IMG/VR virus record: IMGVR_UViG_3300037483_000316
Location: 1 to 42,912 of that record
From: a virus
Taxonomy: Duplodnaviria; Caudoviricetes
Reading direction: 5' to 3' (one strand)
Length of the DNA stretch: 42,912 nucleotides
Position numbers and translations under genes: made by a program. Below, piece after piece: positions 1 to 8,392 of the stretch. Position 1 is the first letter of the stretch. The number at the start of each line of letters is the position of its first letter. The notes below the pieces were generated by a model. It had not been told where the DNA came from, made no database searches, and saw only the letters and a program-made list of their open reading frames with translations.

Positions 1-112
1 TATAGCGCAGCCTGCTCTTGTCTACTTCCACCAGGCCGAGCGTTTCCAGGGCGTCCACTACGATGTGGTTATTGCCATCGGGTTTCGGGTGCTTCGGGCG
101 TGAGGCGGTCAT
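1..112 (-). CDS. 5' part of a VRR-NUC/PD-(D/E)XK nuclease (continues at the window end)
   Basis: ATG at 112 overlaps the stop of the 109-651 gene. Reads MTASRPKHPKPDGNNHIVVDALETLG..., resembling the K-x-D-x-N...IVxAL start of small phage VRR-NUC proteins, and runs off the edge. Confidence 0.6.
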   Translation of the reverse strand, partial: MTASRPKHPKPDGNNHIVVDALETLGLVEVDKSRLRY

Positions 113-651
113 GCCGTTACTGCCAATCTGCTTTGTGGTTCAATCCACCCCATCCCAAGGAAATCCAAGAATTCTGTTTCTTCGAAAAACTCCAGCGCCT
201 TTCCATGCCGCCATACCTGCCCGTCTTTTACGTTGCAGTCGGACGGCAGCAACCCGCCGTATTTGCGCGGGGTGACAATGCGATGCGAAAACTCAGCGGG
301 GCCGGTGCGGATCACGAACTGCACCGCCCAGGTTTCACGGCGGACAATGAACAGGTCCAGGTTAATCCCTTCCGGCAATCCGATTTGTTTGTACTTTGGG
401 CCGTTCTTGAGGAGCTTGCATAAGTCGAAATAGGAACATCCATCCAGAAAGAATTGCAAGGCATTTTCATCCCCAATGACATTCCCGAACATATCGAATT
501 GTTTCTCTGTTTTCGACACACAAATAATTTCAATATCATGCGGCTCGGGCTTCTGTCTGCGGACTCCGCCTGCAATTTCTATCCGCTCACAATACGGTGT
601 AAGCATATCAACCCAAAACTTTGCAACAACTTTTGCCTGTTCTAGTTTCAT
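109..651 (-). CDS. Minimal DNA polymerase X/beta-like nucleotidyltransferase
   Basis: IEIAGGVRR...HDIEI, then INLDLF, RTGPAEF and a C-terminal EETEFLDFLGMGWIEPQSR. These match PolX palm and thumb motifs. No 8 kDa, fingers or PHP domain. Confidence 0.8.
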   Translation of the reverse strand: MKLEQAKVVAKFWVDMLTPYCERIEIAGGVRRQKPEPHDIEIICVSKTEKQFDMFGNVIGDENALQFFLDGCSYFDLCKLLKNGPKYKQIGLPEGINLDLFIVRRETWAVQFVIRTGPAEFSHRIVTPRKYGGLLPSDCNVKDGQVWRHGKALEFFEETEFLDFLGMGWIEPQSRLAVTA

Positions 652-860
652 TTCATCACTCTCTTTCTTGCCACAATCTGGCAGGTTCCCGGCACCACGG
701 CCAGGACAATTTCCGGGCTGAAAAAGCCCAGCCGGTTCAGCGCTTTGCGGACCAGCCGCCGGTACTTATCCGGGTTGGTATCCGTGTCATGCGTCTGGAC
801 GCGCTTGGGGTCCGAGATGATCACGCGAGCAAGCAGGTGCGGGGCGGCGATGGCGGTCAT
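648..860 (-). CDS. Hypothetical protein
   Basis: ATGA overlaps with both neighbours. Confidence 0.6.
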   Translation of the reverse strand: MTAIAAPHLLARVIISDPKRVQTHDTDTNPDKYRRLVRKALNRLGFFSPEIVLAVVPGTCQIVARKRVMK

Positions 861-1417
861 GACTTACCCCACTGGGCAGCCATCGCGCGGGCAATTCCAG
901 GATAGGTTATCGAGCGTTCGCGCTGTCTGTCTGACGATGGCGGCATTTTCCAGATACGCTGTTCCCGCCCCTCAACAATGTGTGTAGGTATCAGTGGAGC
1001 AAGCCCACGCAGCCACAGCCCGGTCTTTTTGGTTTCTCCATGTCCAAACTGCCAGGGCTGAATATATTGCGGTCTTGTCGGTAGCAGACTCTGTGTGGTT
1101 AGCACCCCTACCGGATTTTCGATTGCTAGCGGACCGGAATAGTCATCAAAAAACCAGATGCGCTCGACAAAAGCGATGGCATCGCGGCGAGCTTGTGTTC
1201 CAGCATACCAGCGATTGCCACTGAGTGAGAGAGCCGTACAGGGTGGATGTGCTATCACAAGGTCCCAGCCATTTCCTAACACATCAAACAGATCACATTG
1301 ATAATGATTGCCAGTTTTGCATGTTGGCAGAATATCACAACTCCAGGCGTTATGTCCGAGTTGGGTGAATTCGTCCCGAACCGTCCCACTTTCTTCACAT
1401 GCAATCAATACGTTCAT
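857..1417 (-). CDS. Small phage DNA cytosine methyltransferase-like protein
   Basis: MNVLIACEESG, SCDILP, IAHPPCT (PC motif), IENPVG, QPWQFGH, KKTGLWL. Start moved to 1417 (ATGA overlap). Confidence 0.8.
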   Translation of the reverse strand: MNVLIACEESGTVRDEFTQLGHNAWSCDILPTCKTGNHYQCDLFDVLGNGWDLVIAHPPCTALSLSGNRWYAGTQARRDAIAFVERIWFFDDYSGPLAIENPVGVLTTQSLLPTRPQYIQPWQFGHGETKKTGLWLRGLAPLIPTHIVEGREQRIWKMPPSSDRQRERSITYPGIARAMAAQWGKS

Positions 1418-1653
1418 CCCGTCACCTTCTCCGCTCTCTCCGCGCACATCCGCGCGTACAGCGTGCCGCGCAGCGCAGTGAACTGCCGCTCGAGTTCCAG
1501 CCATTGCGCGGCGGTCGTCTCCGGATTGGCTTCGTATTGATCGTAGACCAGGTACAGGTCGCCAAGTTTATTGATCCGGTCGGCGCCCGCCTTCGTGCCG
1601 CCGTAGGCCCACATCTGCTGTGTTTTGTTTGGTTTCGTGCGGGTGTAGGTCAT
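1414..1653 (-). CDS. Hypothetical protein
   Basis: Translationally coupled on both sides. Confidence 0.6.
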   Translation of the reverse strand: MTYTRTKPNKTQQMWAYGGTKAGADRINKLGDLYLVYDQYEANPETTAAQWLELERQFTALRGTLYARMCAERAEKVTG

Positions 1654-1850
1654 GGCTGCGCCGCCTTTACATCCACAACGCTAAAGCATTTCTGGCACTC
1701 CCATTTTTGGCGCTGTGTTACCGGGTCGCGCCAAATCAGCCGGTGCGTAGTAAGCACGCCTGGCTTGCTGCAATGTTCGCAGTGCATCTCTGTCTCGAGC
1801 TCCGCTGCGGGCGCGGGCTTGGTGGCGAGGTGTTGGATGTTGTGGGTCAT
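1650..1850 (-). CDS. Small zinc-ribbon protein
   Basis: CEHC...CQKC; coupled overlaps. Confidence 0.6.
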   Translation of the reverse strand: MTHNIQHLATKPAPAAELETEMHCEHCSKPGVLTTHRLIWRDPVTQRQKWECQKCFSVVDVKAAQP

Positions 1851-3883
1851 GACATTATCTTCCTTTCTTGTAATTCTTCCTTGAATTTTGGGGTATTGTC
1901 CAGGCGGCTGTAGTGCAATATCCCGCCCGTTAGATTGTGGTTTAGCTCTCGGCCCGCTGAGATGTGCAGGGTGGCAATGCGATCGTGTTGGTTGGGGAGA
2001 TAGCGCAACTGTACACGGTCGTCTTTGATTGGCGCGAATTTGGTGAGGAACAGGATCACATCAGCATCGTGTAACTGTTGCCCGCTGCCGCGTACATTGC
2101 TCTTTAGCGCCTTTTCTGTGTCCATGCCAACCTTGTTTACAGACGATATGAGCAAGCCGGACAGGTCCAACTCCCGGCATACCGTTTTCAGGGTGCGTGA
2201 GATATTATTCGTCTTTTCGATTTCATCCCTGCCCGGCGCATCGATCAGGTAGGCATAATCCATGACGAAATGTTGTATGCCGTGCTCTGCTTTCTCGTGT
2301 TGTAGTACCGCTTTCAATTCATGCAAGCGCATCTGGTTGTCATCAATGTATAGCGGGGAGTTCAAGAGCATGGCGCGGGCTTCATTGAGTTTTTGCCAAT
2401 CTTCATCAGACATATACCCTGTGCGCATGTTCTCCCCATTGACGCCTAACAACTGGTATGCGCGGCGCGTGACTTGTTCCGCTCCCATTTCCCCGGACCA
2501 AACGAACACCGGGATTTGGTGCTCGACTGCGCAATGTAGCGCGTCCTGTAGGGCATACCAGGACTTGCCAATCTTTGGCTCGCCTGCAAGTAACGTCAAT
2601 TCGCCCGGCTGTTTCCCGCCGGTGATCTTCGATAAATGCTCCCAGGCGTAGGGAATGCCCCACACGTCCCCCGGATTGGCGGCGCGAGCGTGTATTTTCT
2701 TTTCGATAGCGTCCGCCGTATCCACGATAGACGAAATGCGGTGACTGGATTGTAAGGTGATGTTCTGGTTGATCTCCAATACCGCATGGTCTACGGCGCA
2801 CAAGTCCCCCTGCTCTGCGGCGCGTTGTAATTTCCATCCCAGCTTGGCGGCGCGGTCCCTGAGTGCATATTTCTTGATGGTATCCGCGTAAGTGTCCAGA
2901 CGCGGCAAGTACCATTCGTGATAATTCTCCAGGTCGGACAGGATTTCACAATTGGCGGCGGCAAGAGCTACACCAGTACCCGCTAAAACTTCTCCCCAAA
3001 ATTCAGCCAGCGGATGAACGCTAAAGAATTCGGGGAGAATAGAGAGATGATCGGGAACATACTCAGGCGTTTCGAACAACACTTTAGCGAACGCCCATTC
3101 TGCCGTTACCCTGTCACGCGGTTGCAGTTCCGGCGCGGCCTGCGGGTCGTAGCGCGTCACGGATTTCGCGATCATCTGCACTTCTTTTTCAGATAGGGGC
3201 GGTACGCACTTGTTCAAATTCTCCACGTTCAAGGCTACGAATATCGCCTCCTCGGCAATCCCGCGCCTGCGCATGGCCCCCGCCTGGCTGGTAAGCGCGC
3301 TATTGCGCTGGCCTGCGATGTACGCGCCGTCTGTCATGGTCTGGATTTGTTGTATCTCTTTCTTCTCCGTAAGCAAGTCCAGCACCCAGGCAGGCGGGTT
3401 CGAGATTGCTACTTTAGACGGCGCGTAAGTGGTATCCCAGGCGTAGGGCTTACCTGACGGGTGTATGCTGTTCGGCGCAGCAATGTATCCGCCCTGGCCA
3501 CGGGAATCTATTCCCTGTCCGATCTTGCTGGCAGTATTGCGGATGTCCATGCCATTCGTCTTGAACAGAATATGCCTCCCGCCTCCGCCAGTGTGACTGA
3601 TAGGCGTAGGCGGGATTTGTCCGTACTTGGTGGTGATAGCGTTGAATGATTCTTCCCCTCCATGCGCAGCATCTATATCCAGGACAAAGAAGCCAGATGT
3701 ATTACCGGTCGCTATCCCCAGGTTGCAATTGGGGAAACGGGCAATCCAATCGTTGATCTGCGTCAGGTCAATAGTAGCATCCTGGAAGCCGTGTTCAGTG
3801 GCCGGGGTCTTGCCGCGCGGCAACAAGGGGAATACGTGCCAGCCTTGCTCGATATAGAATTTAGCGTAATCGATGGTTTTCAT
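1847..3883 (-). CDS. Bifunctional primase-polymerase (AEP Prim-Pol + PriCT-1) fused to a DnaB-like helicase
   Basis: GWHVFPL..GKTP, NLGIATG, VLDID, TGGGGRH, GGYIAAPNSIH; GQRN...PPLSEKEV (PriCT-1); Walker A GEPKIGKS, SGEM, Walker B VMDY, RGSGQQLHDADVILFL. Start moved to 3883. Confidence 0.9.
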   Translation of the reverse strand: MKTIDYAKFYIEQGWHVFPLLPRGKTPATEHGFQDATIDLTQINDWIARFPNCNLGIATGNTSGFFVLDIDAAHGGEESFNAITTKYGQIPPTPISHTGGGGRHILFKTNGMDIRNTASKIGQGIDSRGQGGYIAAPNSIHPSGKPYAWDTTYAPSKVAISNPPAWVLDLLTEKKEIQQIQTMTDGAYIAGQRNSALTSQAGAMRRRGIAEEAIFVALNVENLNKCVPPLSEKEVQMIAKSVTRYDPQAAPELQPRDRVTAEWAFAKVLFETPEYVPDHLSILPEFFSVHPLAEFWGEVLAGTGVALAAANCEILSDLENYHEWYLPRLDTYADTIKKYALRDRAAKLGWKLQRAAEQGDLCAVDHAVLEINQNITLQSSHRISSIVDTADAIEKKIHARAANPGDVWGIPYAWEHLSKITGGKQPGELTLLAGEPKIGKSWYALQDALHCAVEHQIPVFVWSGEMGAEQVTRRAYQLLGVNGENMRTGYMSDEDWQKLNEARAMLLNSPLYIDDNQMRLHELKAVLQHEKAEHGIQHFVMDYAYLIDAPGRDEIEKTNNISRTLKTVCRELDLSGLLISSVNKVGMDTEKALKSNVRGSGQQLHDADVILFLTKFAPIKDDRVQLRYLPNQHDRIATLHISAGRELNHNLTGGILHYSRLDNTPKFKEELQERKIMS

Positions 3884-4254
3884 GCGGGTACTTTCTCCCT
3901 GCGGGGTGCATACATCCCCGTTTTGGTGAGCTTGTGCCATTGCCTGTGATGTTCCTGGCAAAGCCATGCAGTAGGCCAATCGTTGAAATCTTCGAATAAA
4001 TGTTTAGGGGCGAAGTGATGTGACTCTGTGTCTTTTCGTCCGCAACCTTTTACGGCGCAAGGCTCCGAGTGTTTTGTTAAGTCATCAAACAGCGGCAATG
4101 TTTCCCAATCCAGGTGATCTTTCTTGGACAGGAACGGGAAGCCGGGGCGCGTATTGCCTTTGCACTTCGGGCAACGTTCTACTACCACAAACGCGCCGTT
4201 ACCATTGGTCTGGCGGTACAGCTTACCGGGGGTGCTGCAATAGCTACAACGCAT
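3880..4254 (-). CDS. Zinc-ribbon plus HNH-like protein
   Basis: CSYC...CPKC, then CAVKGC...ESHH...LCQEHHRQWH. Start moved to MRCSYC. Confidence 0.6.
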   Translation of the reverse strand: MRCSYCSTPGKLYRQTNGNGAFVVVERCPKCKGNTRPGFPFLSKKDHLDWETLPLFDDLTKHSEPCAVKGCGRKDTESHHFAPKHLFEDFNDWPTAWLCQEHHRQWHKLTKTGMYAPRREKVPA

Positions 4255-5071
4255 GGGCGCGGTTCCCGAAGAAGTACAGGTCATCATCTTGATTGAAAGC
4301 ACGTTGCCATAACTGTTCGATCTTGTTCGGTTTCAGCCAGATATCGCCCTTGCTCCTGAATTCGTCTGACTTGAACCATGTCATAAAGCTTTCAATCGTC
4401 TGTCCTGTTTCTTGCTCGCGTCTGACAAGTAACTTATCGTAGCCGTTCCAGTCAGATTTCGGCAGGTCCCACTCACGTTCCAGGTTCATTTTCAAGGCGG
4501 CTTCGATGCGGCGGCGCATATCCTGCAATGGCTGATGGTCAATTGTGGCCTTTACCATCTCTAAGACAGGATCACGGCTTTCTCTAGCGGCTCGCTGTTT
4601 GGCTGTTCGTTCTTTGGATTGTTGCATTCCTGCTTTTCGGTTGTATGTATTAGTCTCTGTAGTAGTCTCTGTATTCTTATTAACATCGTGCAATTCTGCG
4701 CTGTTCGATGGGGGTAAAATTGCACCATCCATCGTGCAAAGCACGTCAAAATCAATACGGTAAAACTTCTGCATATCATGTTTTTTGGCGTCTAATTGTG
4801 CTGAGATTACAACTCCGCCCTTCTCTAAATTCAAGAAAATCCGTTTTATTTTGTCCACGCTCCAGAACGGGAAATTATCTTTCTTCCATTTTTCGTAAGT
4901 GTTGTACACCCACTTATCCCCGTTTTCGTCTACGCGTCCAGTGTTGTTGGGATTGTTCAACCACCAATGAAGCTGTTGTAAAACTATAGCTTCTTCAACC
5001 CCAATGGCTACGGCCAATGATGGGAGAACCTGTAAGGCTGGTTCGTCTATGAGTAGATGCGATTTTTTCAT
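4244..5071 (-). CDS. Phage replication initiator / replisome organizer
   Basis: N-terminus LLIDEPALQVLPSLAVAIGVEEAIVLQQLHWW...WVYNTYEKW..FPFWS is typical of this family; TETTTET linker. Confidence 0.8.
   Translation of the reverse strand: MKKSHLLIDEPALQVLPSLAVAIGVEEAIVLQQLHWWLNNPNNTGRVDENGDKWVYNTYEKWKKDNFPFWSVDKIKRIFLNLEKGGVVISAQLDAKKHDMQKFYRIDFDVLCTMDGAILPPSNSAELHDVNKNTETTTETNTYNRKAGMQQSKERTAKQRAARESRDPVLEMVKATIDHQPLQDMRRRIEAALKMNLEREWDLPKSDWNGYDKLLVRREQETGQTIESFMTWFKSDEFRSKGDIWLKPNKIEQLWQRAFNQDDDLYFFGNRAHAL
4650..4745. repeat. Short repeats in the initiator linker, possible iterons/origin
   Basis: TAGTCTCTGTA x2 (4651, 4663) and CATCGTGCAA x2 (4685, 4730). Phage origins often lie inside the initiator gene. 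Confidence 0.3.
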
Positions 5072-5102
5072 TTCCCTAACTCCTGAGCCGCGCGCGGCTG
5101 AT

Positions 5103-6083
5103 TTATTTCGTTATTGCGTAAAATGTTTCGCCTTCGCCGGTTTTTCCAAGTCCCTGGGCTCCGCTTAGATAATCTTCAAGCTTCTCGATTTTGTATTTTT
5201 GAAAATTCCTTTTCAGGACATCACTAAGTGGGTAATTTCTTGATCCGATATTTAATACAAATGTGCATCCAGGTTTCAACGCGTCCATTGTTTTTTGAAT
5301 CATTGGTACATAAAAACCGGCGCACCAGCCTTCGAATGATTTATATCTGTTTAGAGAGTTTGTTTCTTCGTCTGTGTATAATTCTGTATCGTAGTAAGGC
5401 GGGGATGTCAGTGCGAAATCAAAGAAATCGTTTTTTAACTTTGCGTCTTCGAATGGAAGGTTATTCAATACCGCAATGAAATCATGATCAATCCTGAGAA
5501 TAAAGTCGTAGAGCTTTATTAGTCCTTTGAAGGTTTCTCTCGCTGGTTCGAAGCAGGTGTAATCCCCACAAACGGCAGAAACGCCTATCATTCGTCCGCC
5601 CCACCCAGCGCAAGGGTCGAGCACCCTACTATTTTTGTCTAATAAATACTTCTTGCATAAATCACGCGCCACATAGGGCTGGAATTCATTTATGTATTGA
5701 ACTCCATTTATCCCCAGCCTGAATGAATTCAATAGATAATCCTTGTTCTTGTCGTATTGTTTGTCGAACAGGATGGCGCGAGCGAGGCCGGAAACGAAAC
5801 TTTCTGTTTTTACCGCCTCAAATACGCTCATTGCCGAATTCTTCGATCTTGTGTTTAGGCGATGAGGGTTGAATAAAAGACTTGTGTTTTGGCAGGTATT
5901 CTTACCATCCCGCAGGTTTACATACTCGATAGTTTCCCTAAATTCATTCGTAAATGTTCTTACGAAATCATTCAGTGTCATAGTTTGTAGCAAGTCAAAC
6001 AAGATTGGATACAAGCTGTTTCTGTCTATCGCCTGTTTGGGCGTGTACTCTCCCCCGAATAACATTGATTGCGTTACGTTCAT
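5103..6083 (-). CDS. DNA amino-methyltransferase (N4-C/N6-A)
   Basis: SAM motif VLDPCAGWGGR and catalytic FALTSPPYY; AT-rich; AAGGAG SD. Confidence 0.85.
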   Translation of the reverse strand: MNVTQSMLFGGEYTPKQAIDRNSLYPILFDLLQTMTLNDFVRTFTNEFRETIEYVNLRDGKNTCQNTSLLFNPHRLNTRSKNSAMSVFEAVKTESFVSGLARAILFDKQYDKNKDYLLNSFRLGINGVQYINEFQPYVARDLCKKYLLDKNSRVLDPCAGWGGRMIGVSAVCGDYTCFEPARETFKGLIKLYDFILRIDHDFIAVLNNLPFEDAKLKNDFFDFALTSPPYYDTELYTDEETNSLNRYKSFEGWCAGFYVPMIQKTMDALKPGCTFVLNIGSRNYPLSDVLKRNFQKYKIEKLEDYLSGAQGLGKTGEGETFYAITK

Positions 6084-6084
6084 T

Positions 6085-6260
6085 GTTATGCTCCTTTAGA
6101 ATAAAAAAATCCACCCGATTTTGACGGCACGGCGGAGCATAACTTCCGCCTGGCGGGCGGCACAAAATTCCGTACCGTCAAAAAGGGGTGGATATACGAG
6201 TTGGTAAGCTATCATCGTTATGCTCCAGACCGTTTGGCTTTGTTAGGTTCTCGCCAGGTT
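6085..6260 (-). ncRNA. Structured leader, C4/CI antisense-like RNA element 1
   Basis: ~24-bp stem 6109-6132/6170-6193 followed by a U-run. Loop segments are complementary to 6252-6258, 6217-6226 and the SD region 6085-6094. Confidence 0.6.
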
Positions 6261-6284
6261 CCCAACAACGGCTTACTATCTCTG

Positions 6285-6312
6285 ATTATATACCGGTCGG
6301 CTCATTTGTCAA
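6285..6312 (-). promoter_or_regulatory. Consensus sigma70-type promoter
   Basis: TTGACA-16 nt-TATAAT on the minus strand. Confidence 0.8.
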
Positions 6313-6532
6313 GCTCCTGGCACAAACTCGCTGGCGTTGCTCGCTGCTCTACTACCGAGCTAATACAAAATGTTTTTGTCTCATCGCCAATTTGCAAAAC
6401 AACGCCGCCCCAAGATAAAAATTTTACGGCTTCGCCAATTGTCCCCGGCTTGACATTATTGCCCGGCAGCACTTCAAAAAAGCGCCCGGTTTTGGCAAAA
6501 TCATTGTTAATTGATGGAGCAAATGTCGTCAT
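6302..6532 (-). CDS. Hypothetical protein
   Basis: AGGAG SD and ATGA overlap; ends QELDK. Confidence 0.6.
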   Translation of the reverse strand: MTTFAPSINNDFAKTGRFFEVLPGNNVKPGTIGEAVKFLSWGGVVLQIGDETKTFCISSVVEQRATPASLCQELDK

Positions 6533-6807
6533 TTGTCAAGCTCCTGTTGTGCCAGAAAGCTTTCCAGCCACCGGTGATACATTTCGCGGTAATGTTTTTC
6601 CCGAACATAAAAACTTTCCAGATTCCCCTGTAGATAATCCCCATACAACAATTTCACCGCCGGGGTACAAAATTTATTGTGTATGTTTTCCGTATCTTCA
6701 ACAATCCAACACGTACACAAAAGTTCATTGTTGTCATCTGGTGAGAATTCACGGATCGAGGGCGCGCGCATGGAAGTTATTTTTTGGATGAAGTCATGTT
6801 TGTTCAT
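6529..6807 (-). CDS. Hypothetical protein
   Basis: Likely start MNKHDF just after the XRE gene; ends QELDK. Confidence 0.55.
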   Translation of the reverse strand: MNKHDFIQKITSMRAPSIREFSPDDNNELLCTCWIVEDTENIHNKFCTPAVKLLYGDYLQGNLESFYVREKHYREMYHRWLESFLAQQELDK

Positions 6808-6820
6808 AATGTTATCTTTG

Positions 6821-7228
6821 TCAAGCTCCTGGCCCAAACTCATCTGGGTTGCCATTGCGTTGCGATTCGGCATCATAAAAAATTTCGATATTCAAACCGA
6901 GATGGTAGCAAATTTTATACAATGTTTTCAGGGATATATTTTCTGCCCGTCCCCTTTCAATGAGAGAAATGTAATTCCTGGAAACCCCGGATAGGCGAGC
7001 AAGTTCCGTTTGACTCATATGTAAGCGATCTCGATGGATGCCAATTAATTCTGACAAAGTAATATTCAGCTTGTAAGGTTTGTCGCTCATCATTACTCCA
7101 ATGGAAATTGCTAATCGCGTCAATGGTTTCAGCCGATCCGATGGGGGCTTTTGCTGGTTTTCTAAAATTTCTATTACCATCTTTAGCCTAATAATTTCAG
7201 CCTTTGCAAGAAAAAGTTCGTTGTTCAT
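6821..7228 (-). CDS. XRE-family HTH transcriptional regulator
   Basis: HRDRLHMSQTELARLSGVSRNYISLIERG..NISLKTLYKI. Confidence 0.85.
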   Translation of the reverse strand: MNNELFLAKAEIIRLKMVIEILENQQKPPSDRLKPLTRLAISIGVMMSDKPYKLNITLSELIGIHRDRLHMSQTELARLSGVSRNYISLIERGRAENISLKTLYKICYHLGLNIEIFYDAESQRNGNPDEFGPGA

Positions 7229-7563
7229 TGTCTCTCCTGTTTCATGACAGGCTGGGGCAGCGCTTTAAGTGCGGCGGCGAGAGTGCGGATTTTACCCGCA
7301 GAAACAATGACGGCACATCGGGAATCGTCCGGCAATTCAGGGCTATCCGTCACGGCGAATACTCCCGCCGCATCCACAACGGCCTGCTGCAGTTCGATGC
7401 GTTCCAATTGATCGCCGAGCAATTGGCGCATGGTGGCGAGTTGGTTGATTGCGCCTGTTGCGCTTTCGCGCAAGTCAAGCTCCTGCGCCACAAAAAATAT
7501 AGCGTATTCAATAGGGTCCATATCGGCAGGCTGTTTATGCAAGAGTTCATCAAGCGTGCTCAT
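7225..7563 (-). CDS. Hypothetical protein
   Basis: Start MSTLDE overlaps the ASCH gene stop; GGAG SD. Confidence 0.6.
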   Translation of the reverse strand: MSTLDELLHKQPADMDPIEYAIFFVAQELDLRESATGAINQLATMRQLLGDQLERIELQQAVVDAAGVFAVTDSPELPDDSRCAVIVSAGKIRTLAAALKALPQPVMKQERQ

Positions 7564-7829
7564 TTGTTTTGCTCCAATCCCAACACCACGTATCCGGGTT
7601 GTAGTGCCCTTTTTCCGAAGGTGGTATTGCTGTTCAGAACATAGGTGATTCTTGTTTTGATATACCGACCTGTGTATTCCCCGAGCCGTGGATGATACTC
7701 TTGCAAAATCAGGTAATCCCCTACGCCGAAGTCGCGATCGTTGAATCGGACTTCGAACGGCTTGGAACCGTCCGCAATCGATTTGAAATATTCCGGCCAT
7801 GTTTTCAGGACGTGGGTGACGGGGGTCAT
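7560..7829 (-). CDS. ASCH/PUA domain protein (DUF3850-like)
   Basis: HVLKTWPEYF....GSKPFEVRFNDRDFGVGDYLILQEY...GYVVLG. Confidence 0.85.
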   Translation of the reverse strand: MTPVTHVLKTWPEYFKSIADGSKPFEVRFNDRDFGVGDYLILQEYHPRLGEYTGRYIKTRITYVLNSNTTFGKRALQPGYVVLGLEQNK

Positions 7830-7954
7830 CGTAAGAATGTCCTTTTCCTGAAACACGACCAGCATAACCAGAACGCGTGACTGTTCAACATAACGAATAG
7901 GCTTGAACGGCTGGGGCAGTCATTACATTTTGGGCGGGGATAGTCTGTGATCAT
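7826..7954 (-). CDS. 42-aa zinc-finger peptide (not in ORF track)
   Basis: MITDYPRPKCNDC...LCWSCF; AAGGAG SD; ATGA overlaps at both ends. Confidence 0.55.
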   Translation of the reverse strand: MITDYPRPKCNDCPSRSSLFVMLNSHAFWLCWSCFRKRTFLR

Positions 7955-8124
7955 GATTCTCCTTGCTCCTGCACTTGTAAATCTTTATCATGGCATCTAG
8001 CGCAAACTGCCTGCGGACCCGGAAAAGAATGGTAATACTTTTCTCCCGGCACGATGACGCTTTTGCAATCAGCGCACATTACATAGCCAGTTGCTTCTCG
8101 TTCAACGTATATGATTTTCTCCAC
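7951..8124 (-). CDS. 57-aa zinc-finger protein (not in ORF track)
   Basis: GTG start after AAGGA; CADC...PGEKYY...CARC; stop overlaps the next ATG. Confidence 0.55.
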   Translation of the reverse strand: MEKIIYVEREATGYVMCADCKSVIVPGEKYYHSFPGPQAVCARCHDKDLQVQEQGES

Positions 8125-8159
8125 GGATTATTCCTTTCCTTGTGTGAGCTTGATTGCTT

Positions 8160-8360
8160 TCATAGCGCATCATCCCTTTCAGGCACGTCCCAGTATTCGG
8201 CGTCCCCTTCACGCGCCTCCGCGTCCGCTGACACATCCGACAGATCCAGCACTTCGCCGCATTCGTTGCATTGCGCCCACTGGCGGTACTCTGCCGGTTC
8301 ATAGCGGGTGACGGGTGCTATTTGTCTGCTATAGATAGTTACTTTGTTGTGGTTGCACAT
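8160..8360 (-). CDS. Small Cys-containing hypothetical protein
   Basis: CNH...CNECG; first gene of the leftward arm. Confidence 0.55.
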   Translation of the reverse strand: MCNHNKVTIYSRQIAPVTRYEPAEYRQWAQCNECGEVLDLSDVSADAEAREGDAEYWDVPERDDAL

Positions 8361-8392
8361 GAGGCCCTTTCAAAATTGGTGACTAAAAGTGC

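Larger units (their letters stand above)
6302..7485 (-). repeat. Dispersed direct repeat CAGGAGCTTGAC(AAATGA), 4 copies
   Basis: 6302-6319 and 6529-6546 (18 bp identical), 6817-6831 (15 bp), 7474-7485 (12 bp). Confidence 0.85.

Noticed and set aside
6302-6831. Repeats as a CRISPR array or integron attC sites
   Set aside because: Spacing is gene-sized, the repeats are not palindromic, and no cas or integron integrase is present
6821-7228. CI master repressor
   Set aside because: It sits mid-operon, has no peptidase S24 domain and is not at the divergent promoter
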